The notes under the pieces: model-generated
The model's database searches: none
The model's input: only the letters and a program-made list of their open reading frames with translations
Told to the model about the DNA's origin: nothing
Origin: a virus
Lineage: Duplodnaviria > Caudoviricetes
Length of the DNA stretch: 64,000 nt
Direction: 5' to 3' (one strand)
Virus record (IMG/VR): IMGVR_UViG_2627854090_000004
Coordinates: 5,758 to 69,757 of that record
Shown: one piece after another, positions 9,584-18,661 of the stretch
Numbering within the stretch: the first letter of the stretch is position 1
How the letters are laid out: each line of letters starts with the position of its first letter
Position numbers and translations under genes: made by a program

Positions 9584-10660
9584 TTATAGCACTTTTTGCC
9601 TTATATATTTTATAGTTTTTTCACTAACAGAAGATTTAAAAAATATAGAAAGAGTCTTTAAGCCAACTGATATTGTGTAAATTTCTCCTACAGGAGAATC
9701 TGAAAACTTTATCAAGCCTGAATAATTAGTTATATATTTTTTTAATACATTATAAAGAGTTTGTTTTGATAAATCTTCTTCACAATCTTTCCTTATTTTT
9801 AATCCAATACTAGCCATTCCAGCTAATAATAATTCTGTAAATGGTGTACCATCAGTATCTATATTTAAAGCCTGAACCTTATCATTAAATTTTTTTATAT
9901 CTTTATCTCCAAAATAGTCATCAATAACTATTAACATATTAACTAATAATTCATTGTTCTCTTCAGTCAATTTTAAATTTTTATCAGGTATAGATAGAGA
10001 TTGAGCAAAATTTCCATTATATAAGGAACTCTTAAATTTTTCTAATGATCCATTGTAATTTTTTAAGACATCTAAGTCTCTAATAGAAACATACATGGCT
10101 TTAAATGTGTCCATTAACTGATTAGCTATACGTGTAGCATCTTTTGAATTAGTTCTTATTTCTAAGTATTCACAATTAAGATCTACTATTACTACAACAT
10201 TATTAATATTCTTAAACTTTGAATAGTCTTGACCATCGTTATAAGTTTTAGTACCACATGGAATCATAAACCTCATGATATACTTATTATCATCTAATTT
10301 AATGCAAGTATATAAACTGGGGCTCTCTAAGCTTTTATTATTTATAGATTTAATTTTATCAAAACAATATTCATCAGATTCGATTTTTTTAATCAATAAA
10401 TCTTTATAGTTTTCAATATTATCATTTCCTACATATATAATTTTAAACCATTTCACTGATTTTCTTCCTGCAAAAATTTTACTCAGCAAAACATCTTTAG
10501 CCTTATTATCTTTAAATATTAAATCTATATTATCAAACAAACGTTGTCTAGGATCTTCTTTGTCATTTAATTCTATATCTAATATTTTTATTATTTTATC
10601 AATTTCTTGATTAGTCAAATTTATAAAATCTGACTTTACTATAATATCTTTTATTTCCAT
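9584..10660 (-). CDS. Uncharacterised 358-aa protein, first gene of two-gene cassette
   Basis: Long AT-rich ORF; ATG 10660 with GGAGG RBS. Confidence 0.75.
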   Translation of the reverse strand: MEIKDIIVKSDFINLTNQEIDKIIKILDIELNDKEDPRQRLFDNIDLIFKDNKAKDVLLSKIFAGRKSVKWFKIIYVGNDNIENYKDLLIKKIESDEYCFDKIKSINNKSLESPSLYTCIKLDDNKYIMRFMIPCGTKTYNDGQDYSKFKNINNVVVIVDLNCEYLEIRTNSKDATRIANQLMDTFKAMYVSIRDLDVLKNYNGSLEKFKSSLYNGNFAQSLSIPDKNLKLTEENNELLVNMLIVIDDYFGDKDIKKFNDKVQALNIDTDGTPFTELLLAGMASIGLKIRKDCEEDLSKQTLYNVLKKYITNYSGLIKFSDSPVGEIYTISVGLKTLSIFFKSSVSEKTIKYIRQKVL

Positions 10661-10686
10661 ATAATATCCTCCAATATATAACAATA

Positions 10687-10781
10687 TTGTACTTTCAAAA
10701 ACATTATTATATAATAGAGACGTCAAATGATTTGAAAGCACATATACTGTCATAGGTCCACCAAACTTATGACAGTTTTTT
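10687..10781 (+). ncRNA. Predicted ~60-nt antisense RNA unit over the leader of the 9584-10660 gene
   Basis: TTGTAC-17-TATAAT (10687-10715) then hairpin 10746-10776 with T tract. Confidence 0.5.
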
Positions 10782-10910
10782 CTTTAGTATAGGACATGCC
10801 TAACAAACATTCAACAATTTCGACAAAAGTATACTTAATTTTCAATAGTTACATTATCTGTCATTTATATAATATGTATTCAATATTTACTTTTAAATTC
10901 CTTTCAATAT

Positions 10911-11666
10911 TTAATAATTTCTAATAATCAGCTCGCTGTATTTGTGATCTTTATCCTTGTACTTCCCCATAAGGTTATGATTTCGCTGGACTTCATCTAT
11001 ATTGAAATCCTTATACAATCCTCTTACAAATTCACAATCATTATAAGAAAGAATAAACTTTCCCTTCACATTTTTAAGAACCTCACACAGCCTCACATGA
11101 TCCTCTTTTGAAAATTGTGCCTGATAGTATCTTTCAGTACCATAGTATGGTGGATCAAGATATATTAAGGAATCCTCTTTATCATAGACCTTAAGTAAAT
11201 CCTCAAAATCTTTATTTTCAATGACTACATTGGAAAGCCTCTTCTGAATATCAGTAAGATATTTAGTCATTACATTAACATTCCTCTTTACACATCCATA
11301 GGATCTGTGATCACTTCCATAGCTTGTCTTAATTAATATAAAAAATCTAGCCGCTCTTTGAATATCTGTCATTCCCCTAGTGTTGTATTGACTGACAAAA
11401 TCATAAAACAGCTCTCTTGAATTCAACATAAAGGAGAGTTCTCTTTGTAGCTCTCTGCAGTGAAATTTCACACATCTAAACAAATTTACCAGGTCTCCAT
11501 TTATATCATTGTAAACTTCCATGTTGGCCAGTTTATCTTTTGAGAACAATACCCATGCTGCACCTCCAAAAACTTCTATGTATCTATTGAATTTTTCAGG
11601 AAAGCATTTGATTATTTCTTTTCTCAACAACTTTTTTCCGCCTATCCAACTTATAAAACTATTCAT
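10911..11666 (-). CDS. Orphan Dam-like (D12 class) DNA adenine methyltransferase
   Basis: WIGGK, EVFGGAAWV and DPPY motifs. Confidence 0.92.
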   Translation of the reverse strand: MNSFISWIGGKKLLRKEIIKCFPEKFNRYIEVFGGAAWVLFSKDKLANMEVYNDINGDLVNLFRCVKFHCRELQRELSFMLNSRELFYDFVSQYNTRGMTDIQRAARFFILIKTSYGSDHRSYGCVKRNVNVMTKYLTDIQKRLSNVVIENKDFEDLLKVYDKEDSLIYLDPPYYGTERYYQAQFSKEDHVRLCEVLKNVKGKFILSYNDCEFVRGLYKDFNIDEVQRNHNLMGKYKDKDHKYSELIIRNY

Positions 11667-11702
11667 ATGTACCTCCTATATTCCAGATAATACTATTGTA
11701 TA

Positions 11703-11716
11703 CGAACATATGTTTT
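11703..11716. promoter_or_regulatory. LexA/DinR (SOS) box-like site upstream of methylase
   Basis: CGAACATATGTTTT versus Gram-positive consensus CGAACRNRYGTTYC. Confidence 0.6.
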
Positions 11717-11770
11717 ATTTCAAGATATGTTTTTGTCTTAATACCAAATTATAACTTAATTATTTATTTT

Positions 11771-11799
11771 TTGAAATAAATGCATAATTATGATAAAAT
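11771..11799 (+). promoter_or_regulatory. SigA promoter for toxin/immunity pair
   Basis: TTGAAA-17-TAAAAT with TG extension. Confidence 0.6.
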
Positions 11800-11831
11800 G
11801 TTAACACTACTTTTAAGGAGATGATGTCAAA

Positions 11832-12440
11832 ATGAAAAAATTAATTTGTACAATTTGTATTCTAACTTTCACTCTCGTATCGTCTGGTATTTCAGTAAAA
11901 GCATACGATAATGTACAAGCTCTAGCAATTACTCGTAATACCAAAATAGTATTAAATATTAGTAATGAGGATAAATTAGAACTAGAAAATTTATTATCAA
12001 ACTATAAAAAAACAAATAGTACTGTTGTAAATAATTCAAATATGCAATATATTCATATAGCAGCTTTAGCAACACCTGCTATCCCAGCAGCAGTAACTGC
12101 AACATATTTTATTCCAGGTATAGGTGATATAGCACTTCTAGCAACTGGTGCAATAGTTCTAGGAGGAGTTACTTACTATGCAGGTTCATGGGCATATGAT
12201 AAAATTATGCCATATATAATAGCTTATAGTATACCAAGTAGATTAAAAAAAGATGGTAAAACAGTTAATTTAGGAAAATTTAATCAAAAAGTAAGAGGGA
12301 GACAAGCCTATAAAGAAAGTGGAGGATGGACTATAGAGAAAGATACAGCAGGTCATGGTGGTAGTAAGTGGAAATTAAAAAAACCTAATGGAGAAAGAAC
12401 CGCCTCTCTTGACGGAAATGGAAAAGTCTTAAGAAAATAG
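11832..12440 (+). CDS. Secreted putative polymorphic toxin with Ntox21-like RNase C-terminus
   Basis: Sec signal ending VKA, hydrophobic Gly/Ala segment, C-terminal D-TAG-H-GG-S-KWK...RTASLD. Confidence 0.65.
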   Translation: MKKLICTICILTFTLVSSGISVKAYDNVQALAITRNTKIVLNISNEDKLELENLLSNYKKTNSTVVNNSNMQYIHIAALATPAIPAAVTATYFIPGIGDIALLATGAIVLGGVTYYAGSWAYDKIMPYIIAYSIPSRLKKDGKTVNLGKFNQKVRGRQAYKESGGWTIEKDTAGHGGSKWKLKKPNGERTASLDGNGKVLRK

Positions 12441-12448
12441 GAGAATTT

Positions 12449-13015
12449 ATGATGATAAAAAATGAACTATTTAAGAGTAAAAATATTGAGTCTTTTTTAG
12501 ATGACCTAGAATCATTTTTGGATAATAATCAATATTATCTATTAGATATATTTCCTCAAACAGTACTAGACAATGATAAATTAAGTCAATATGAAATGTT
12601 ATACAACTTTTCTATTGATGATAAAAATCAAAGTGATTTTATTATTAATGAAAATAAATTTATTAATATTTTAAAGAAATTATGGTTATACAATAAAACT
12701 AAAGTGTTTGTATTTGATTTTAACTTCGAGAATCCCTTTAAATCTGTTAAAGAAAAAAAGAAGTTTGAATCTATTATAAATATCAGAGATAAAACAACAT
12801 TTATAAAAGATATTAATCAGTTAGAAATATTAATAAAACTTGGCATAAGAGAAAAAGCATCTAGTATTTTGTTCTTTGATGATATGGAAATAATTTGTTG
12901 GTTAGGAAATGGGCTAAACTGTTGTTTATATTTTAATAATGAATCTTATAAAAAATTAATACAGAAAATGTCAACTACAGAAGGTCTTTATCTATATGAA
13001 CCCTTAAATAATTAG
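12449..13015 (+). CDS. Putative cognate immunity protein
   Basis: Cytoplasmic ORF 8 bp downstream of toxin gene. Confidence 0.5.
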   Translation: MMIKNELFKSKNIESFLDDLESFLDNNQYYLLDIFPQTVLDNDKLSQYEMLYNFSIDDKNQSDFIINENKFINILKKLWLYNKTKVFVFDFNFENPFKSVKEKKKFESIINIRDKTTFIKDINQLEILIKLGIREKASSILFFDDMEIICWLGNGLNCCLYFNNESYKKLIQKMSTTEGLYLYEPLNN

Positions 13016-13133
13016 GTTCATTATAGTTTGTTTTATATTTACTGAATTGGTACAGTATTTGTATCTTTATGCTTTGTATATATCAAATCTGGAATATGTT
13101 TGATCTATAGTATAATAAATAGCAGAATAAAAA

Positions 13134-13182
13134 GGCCCCCATAAGTTAGACCTAAAAATCTAACTTATGGGAGGTCACATCA
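13134..13182 (-). mobile_element. Isolated IS3-family-like terminal sequence
   Basis: Minus strand TGATGTGACCTCCCATAAGTTAGATTTTTAGGTCTAACTTATGGGGG; starts TG, internal palindrome; no transposase. Confidence 0.5.
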
Positions 13183-13773
13183 TTGAGTAATTCTTTTTTT
13201 ATTCTGATTATCATGTAAAGAATGGAACTAAGGATTTTTGAATAACTTATGTTAAATGATTTTTCGTCCATATCTATTTTACCATATTTAAAATATTGTC
13301 ACAAAATGTACTATGTGTACTATAAAAAACAAAAGTCCCATAAAAATGGAACTTTATAAGTATATAAAGCGTTGCCCAATTTATTTGATTACATGTATAT
13401 TATATATTATTATGTAATATATTTCAATAAATAGCATAATTTAATAAGATATGATATACTTATAAGGAACACAGTTGTGTTCTATCATTACTCAAAATTG
13501 AAGAACCGTCCTTTTAACTGGCTTAATCGCCAGTTATTTTTTATATTAATAAAAGACTCAGAATAAACTGAGTCTTTTATTAGGATCTTGCCGATACACA
13601 CATTACAAAAAAAGGGGAACTTCTTTTGTAATACCATTAAATTACTTTTGCTTACAAAATTATTATTACATAATATACCATAAGTTGCAATGAATAAAGT
13701 GTAAATTTTATAGGAATACTATTAATGTATTATGGATGCACCTCTGTGTGTTAATAAACTATAATAAACTTTT

Positions 13774-13810
13774 AAAAACCTAGGAAGTAATTTAAGATTC
13801 CTAGGTTTTA
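13774..13810 (-). terminator. Terminator of lysis operon
   Basis: AAAACCTAGGAA...TTCCTAGGTTTT. Confidence 0.7.
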
Positions 13811-13814
13811 ATTA

Positions 13815-14387
13815 CTAGTTTTGTGGTGATTGAGCTGTATTATCTACTGTTACAGCAGTACTCTGAATAGTATTCAACTTTTGTTTCAGTTGAGTATTTT
13901 CAGCCTGCACTGCTGCCAAATCCTGATTTATCTTAGCAATCTGTGCATTCTTTTCAGCTTCACTTACAGGAGCATGTCCAAGGTCATTCACTGCTTCCTG
14001 GATAAAATCATCTATAAGTTTTTTCTGATTTTCAGTAGGAGTTACATTGATTTCTTTCAGTGCTGCATAAACTGTTTCCTGTGCAGACTTGAATTTTTCT
14101 TCATTTGTTTGTAGACTGCCAGCATGAGCCAGTTGTTCTGCTGCTTTCACTCCTGCTATTGCTTTTTGTTCAATCCAATCTACAAGTGTTGCTGCAGGTT
14201 TTAGAGTTGGAATTGTCTTTGCTACCTGGATAAGTGGTTCTGTTGCTTTGAGTACATCTCCTGTTGTATCAAGTACTTTTTCAGTGTTTACGCCTTTTTT
14301 CTTAAGATAAGGTACCAATCCATAAATACCTCCAATTACGCCTACCAAAACTCCGCCTACTGCTACAATATCATTTACATTTATCAT
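13815..14387 (-). CDS. LL-H-family holin-like protein (copy 2)
   Basis: Near-identical to 966-1520. Confidence 0.6.
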   Translation of the reverse strand: MINVNDIVAVGGVLVGVIGGIYGLVPYLKKKGVNTEKVLDTTGDVLKATEPLIQVAKTIPTLKPAATLVDWIEQKAIAGVKAAEQLAHAGSLQTNEEKFKSAQETVYAALKEINVTPTENQKKLIDDFIQEAVNDLGHAPVSEAEKNAQIAKINQDLAAVQAENTQLKQKLNTIQSTAVTVDNTAQSPQN

Positions 14388-14563
14388 ATTTATTACCTCC
14401 ATTATTTTGATAATTTTATAGGTTAGCTATTTTACTAGCCTTGTAAAGCAAAATTCTCATACTACTTTTCAGTAGATAAAATGAGATTTATTATTTATAC
14501 GCTTTACATTTTTATTAAACTTTCGCATTGACTTTACAATACATGTTGTAAACAAAATCTTGT

Positions 14564-15394
14564 CTACTTACCTCCATTTTTAATAAAATCAAGTACAGCT
14601 TGATTTGTTGCATATCTGTCTTTACCACTAATTAATCTAGTTAAATAGCTGGTATATTGACTTTCATTTCTACCAACTGCATATACATTCTCAACTTGAC
14701 TAAAATCAAACTTTCTGCTGTTAGAAATAGTAGGACAGCTGAGATAGTCAGCAAGTATTTCAGCACTATTCTGGTCGGGTCCATAATTGTAAACTACTAT
14801 ATTTTTCACTTTCTTCTTTTCCCCCTTTAGAGAATTATAAAATTCCTCTGTCATATAATTTAAATCTATATATCCACTTACACCTGATATCTGTCCTTTG
14901 TCTGTGAACTGCCATATCGAGTGCTTATCCCATAGAGTAAAGCTTGGTGATTTAACTCCATAGTGTGCCACCCACAGTGGATATTTGGTTATTTTACTGT
15001 TTAGATGTTCCTTTATATAACTTGGATTACAGTAAATAAGTGCTGGAGCAATGTCAGATATAATATCTAGGAATGCCAAACATGCATCCGTCATATCTCC
15101 ACTACACTGTTGTTCAAAGTCCAGGACTACAAAGTCAGGTTTTGCTCCTGCAACAATTTCTTTAAAAAAGTTAGCTTCAAGAATTGCCTTAGCTTTATCC
15201 TGAAAGTTAGCAAAATGATATCCTCCGGCAATAAGTTCCAAAGCTTTAGTGTTAGCAATATTGTCATTGTAGTACTTATCTACAAAAGTAGCTCCCTCAG
15301 TTGCCTTTGATATAACAAACTGATGTCCTGCATCTTTAAGCAGATTAATATTAACTTTTCCGTTAAGATTGCTTATATCTGAACCTTTAATCAT
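14564..15394 (-). CDS. GH25 muramidase endolysin (copy 2)
   Basis: Same motifs as and near-identical to 1811-2641. Confidence 0.92.
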   Translation of the reverse strand: MIKGSDISNLNGKVNINLLKDAGHQFVISKATEGATFVDKYYNDNIANTKALELIAGGYHFANFQDKAKAILEANFFKEIVAGAKPDFVVLDFEQQCSGDMTDACLAFLDIISDIAPALIYCNPSYIKEHLNSKITKYPLWVAHYGVKSPSFTLWDKHSIWQFTDKGQISGVSGYIDLNYMTEEFYNSLKGEKKKVKNIVVYNYGPDQNSAEILADYLSCPTISNSRKFDFSQVENVYAVGRNESQYTSYLTRLISGKDRYATNQAVLDFIKNGGK

Positions 15395-15449
15395 ACAAAT
15401 ACCTCCTCGTTTTTATTGTATTTAGATGTTTCAAAAACTGACATCTTTC

Positions 15450-15713
15450 TTACTTCAGATGCAATTCAAGCAAATAAATAAAGAGCCCCAAAAATGAAGC
15501 TCCTAAAAGTCCCATACCCCATTTGAGGGTACTCACCAAACTTTTAATTTGGTCACATAAGTTTTCAATTTTTTCATCAACTTTTGCCCCTCGCTGTTCA
15601 AGCTTATCTAATCTATCAGCATGAGCATTTAGCCTTTTATCATGCAGATCTAGCCTTGCATCCACCCTTTTATGTTTCTCTTCACATAGTTTTGCATCAT
15701 AGCACTCGCTCAT
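15450..15713 (-). CDS. XhlA-family holin/hemolysin-like protein
   Basis: RL..H..RLDKLEQ...IENLC.QIK.L...LKW coiled coil plus C-terminal TM. Confidence 0.85.
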   Translation of the reverse strand: MSECYDAKLCEEKHKRVDARLDLHDKRLNAHADRLDKLEQRGAKVDEKIENLCDQIKSLVSTLKWGMGLLGASFLGLFIYLLELHLK

Positions 15714-15805
15714 ATCTAACCTCCTATTTTTAGATATTAAAAAAGAACTTGGATTTCTCCAAAGCTCTTTTTACACCTTAATCAATCTCTATATTTTTTA
15801 ATAAA

Positions 15806-16270
15806 TTAATTATTTTTTGGCCTTGTATTTATAACATTAATTATCCATTCATCAAATTTTTTATTTTTTTCATATTCATAAACATCATATGCTTCTGGAT
15901 ACATGGTTTTAAATCTTCCCTTAAATTTATCTATTTCAAATTCTTCTTTTAAAGAATCTTTAACTTTGTATAATTTTTTATTTATGTCCTTAATCAAATG
16001 TCCTTTAGGCTTGCGATTTAATGTCAAAGGTTTACCTCCCTTAGTTATCCCTAACGGTTGGGTAGCTCTAAATGCAGCTTCTTTAACCTTAAATACCAGA
16101 TCATGTAAAGCCAATCTTGTTAACACATCTCTTGATTGTTGGCAATCCCATTTTTTCAATTCATCTACAGCTTGAAGTCTAATTCTCCAACTACTTTTAT
16201 TGCCTGCCATCTTGATTAAATTTTTTATATTTGGCGGAGTTTCTTTTATTATTTCATATTCTATACTCAT
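15806..16270 (-). CDS. HEAT-repeat domain protein (moron)
   Basis: WRIRLQAVDEL...LALHD.VFKV.EAA; own promoter and RBS. Confidence 0.7.
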   Translation of the reverse strand: MSIEYEIIKETPPNIKNLIKMAGNKSSWRIRLQAVDELKKWDCQQSRDVLTRLALHDLVFKVKEAAFRATQPLGITKGGKPLTLNRKPKGHLIKDINKKLYKVKDSLKEEFEIDKFKGRFKTMYPEAYDVYEYEKNKKFDEWIINVINTRPKNN

Positions 16271-16405
16271 AAAACCACTCTCCTTTTTATGGATAATTCG
16301 ACACAAAAAGGAGATTTCCTCTACATTTTAACATAAACTTTTAGGACAAAATAAAAAGACTATTTCTAGCTCTATTTCGCCCTGTATTTAATTCGCATTA
16401 ATATT

Positions 16406-16807
16406 CTATTTTATATCTTCGTTTGTTACAAAATTAATTATGGTAGTATTACAGTCTGGCCTGTTGCTTATATAATATTTATAACAACTAACAGCTTGAA
16501 CAGTTTTCTCTCCAATCTCGGTTATCGGTAAGTCTATTGCCTCTTTCTCTTGATCTAAATCTAATTGAATCTTAATGCATAATTCACTAGCTTTATCATT
16601 AATAAGAACATCTTCGATTTTACCTGCAAAGTGCTTGCTATGAGCGCCATCATCCTTAAGTATATCAATTTTTCTGTTAAGTTGAGTTGTTTTCCACAGA
16701 TTAGTAAGTAGTAGCAAATAATCATTAGTAATTATTGTGCCTTCTTGTATTTTTTTAATTGTTTCATCAAATCTTTTAGGATTACTTATTATTGAATACT
16801 TTTCCAC
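16406..16807 (-). CDS. Hypothetical protein (moron)
   Basis: GTG start with GGAGG RBS and own promoter. Confidence 0.65.
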   Translation of the reverse strand: MEKYSIISNPKRFDETIKKIQEGTIITNDYLLLLTNLWKTTQLNRKIDILKDDGAHSKHFAGKIEDVLINDKASELCIKIQLDLDQEKEAIDLPITEIGEKTVQAVSCYKYYISNRPDCNTTIINFVTNEDIK

Positions 16808-16965
16808 AACATCCGCCTCCAGTATATGGTTAACTTTCTCTAAATCTATATTCTCTATTTACATGCAAATTCCTTTTACATATATTAAAATTTTCTTTTT
16901 TATTTGACCATAAATAAATCTATATAATTTTTAATATCCCCTGTTGTTTTTCAATTCTAAAAATC

Positions 16966-17553
16966 TTATATCATTCTCACTTCAAAGTTATCATCAAGTT
17001 TTTCTATTAATCTAATATTATTTTCATCAGTAGTTAATAATGATTTTTTTAAAGAAGCCACCCCATAATCATTAAACCATTGTTCTTTTTGTAAATCATC
17101 TGTTGGTAATCCCAATAATTTTAGCATATTATCTTTTATACTATAATATTGGCTATTTTGTTTTATTAAATATTTATATGTGTATATTGTTATCATATCA
17201 ATATATACTATATCACCAATATAACTATATCCTGAATTATTTACAGCTGAGAATGTAAAAGTATGCGTTCCGTAATCTAATTGTTGCTCAAAAAACGTCC
17301 AATCATGTGCGCCATAAATCTGTGCTATTTTTTTACCATCAATATAAAAAGCCAATTGAGGAAGATTGCTCGATAGAATTTTATAATAGAAAGAAATATA
17401 ATTACAATCCATACTAAAACTCGTACTATTACCATTCATGCTATTATTACAATACGAACAATTTCCACTATATTTCTGTCCAGTGCTTTTAGTCCAGCTC
17501 CCACTAAAAGGGAGTATTAATTGGTCAGATTCAAAATCTTCTATAACTTTCAT
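16966..17553 (-). CDS. Distal tail/receptor-binding-like protein
   Basis: Beta-rich domain (FYIDG...W...G.HTFTF...IDMI) plus KYLIKQ...YYSI module; last tail gene. Confidence 0.55.
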   Translation of the reverse strand: MKVIEDFESDQLILPFSGSWTKSTGQKYSGNCSYCNNSMNGNSTSFSMDCNYISFYYKILSSNLPQLAFYIDGKKIAQIYGAHDWTFFEQQLDYGTHTFTFSAVNNSGYSYIGDIVYIDMITIYTYKYLIKQNSQYYSIKDNMLKLLGLPTDDLQKEQWFNDYGVASLKKSLLTTDENNIRLIEKLDDNFEVRMI

Positions 17554-17564
17554 TTTATCACCAC

Positions 17565-18653
17565 TTAATAATTAATTTTCACATCTCCTGAAAACTTTAT
17601 TAAAACTTGCAATATAGTATTTGAAGCATATACGATATCATATTCAGATTCCATGGCTTGTATCCATTTACCTTTTCCATCATATTGTAAGTCAAGATTA
17701 TCTATATTTTCTACATCTGAAATATCCTCCATAGAAAATAAATAAGCAAATCTTATCTTTTTATTTATATTTAATAAATTCCAATAAGTAGAATTAATAT
17801 TATTAAAAGTATCTGTATCTATACCTTTTATTTTTATATCCTCTACGCTCAAATTTATATCTTCCCAATGGTCTGTATTAAAAGTTTTCCATGTTGCTCC
17901 ACTATCTGTACTGCATATTATTTTTAGATTATTTCCTCTTGCAGTAATTTTAAAGTAATCTATATTATCTACATAACTTAAATCCTTATCTCCCGCAGCA
18001 ATCAACAATCTATCTTTTGGTATTGCGGTTAAAAGTATTATTTCATTAACTCCATCCCGGCTTTGAGATATATCACTAATTTCTTTAAATATACTTTTAT
18101 CTATTTCACACGAATATTCTTTATAATCTGTTCCTATATCTCCCGCATATTTCATTTGATAATCATATTTTGTTTTTAAATGAACCGTATCATCAAAAAC
18201 AATCATATCATCAGGCATAAAATCATCAGATTCAGAATTACTAAATGAATTCAACGTTTTTATAACATTTTGATCTGCACTAGGCTGATATTTTAATACA
18301 TTAACCTTAGGAACTTTAAAATCAACTGTATTGATTGGAATGTCCACTGTATATGGAGTTGTAGTACTTCCTACTACACCCATTTTACTTATCTGCTTTA
18401 AACTTAATCCTGCTGCTTCTCCTATATTTTGAAGGTCTACAGTAGTAAATTTTCCTTCAACTTCAGAATAAACAACTACCTGCTTATCCTTTTTATTAGC
18501 TACATTTACATCATCTAATCCCGCAAATTTAGTTACTCTATGCTGTATTATTTCATTTAGTATCTTCTGACTGCTCCATCCTGTAGATTGAGATGTCTGG
18601 CTATCATCTAAAACAACATCTTTGTTTAAAGTCACACTGAAAAATTCACTCAT
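17565..18653 (-). CDS. Phage tail/virion structural protein
   Basis: WSSQKI motif, STDSGATWK Asp-box; tail operon. Confidence 0.65.
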   Translation of the reverse strand: MSEFFSVTLNKDVVLDDSQTSQSTGWSSQKILNEIIQHRVTKFAGLDDVNVANKKDKQVVVYSEVEGKFTTVDLQNIGEAAGLSLKQISKMGVVGSTTTPYTVDIPINTVDFKVPKVNVLKYQPSADQNVIKTLNSFSNSESDDFMPDDMIVFDDTVHLKTKYDYQMKYAGDIGTDYKEYSCEIDKSIFKEISDISQSRDGVNEIILLTAIPKDRLLIAAGDKDLSYVDNIDYFKITARGNNLKIICSTDSGATWKTFNTDHWEDINLSVEDIKIKGIDTDTFNNINSTYWNLLNINKKIRFAYLFSMEDISDVENIDNLDLQYDGKGKWIQAMESEYDIVYASNTILQVLIKFSGDVKINY

Positions 18654-18661
18654 ATATTCAC

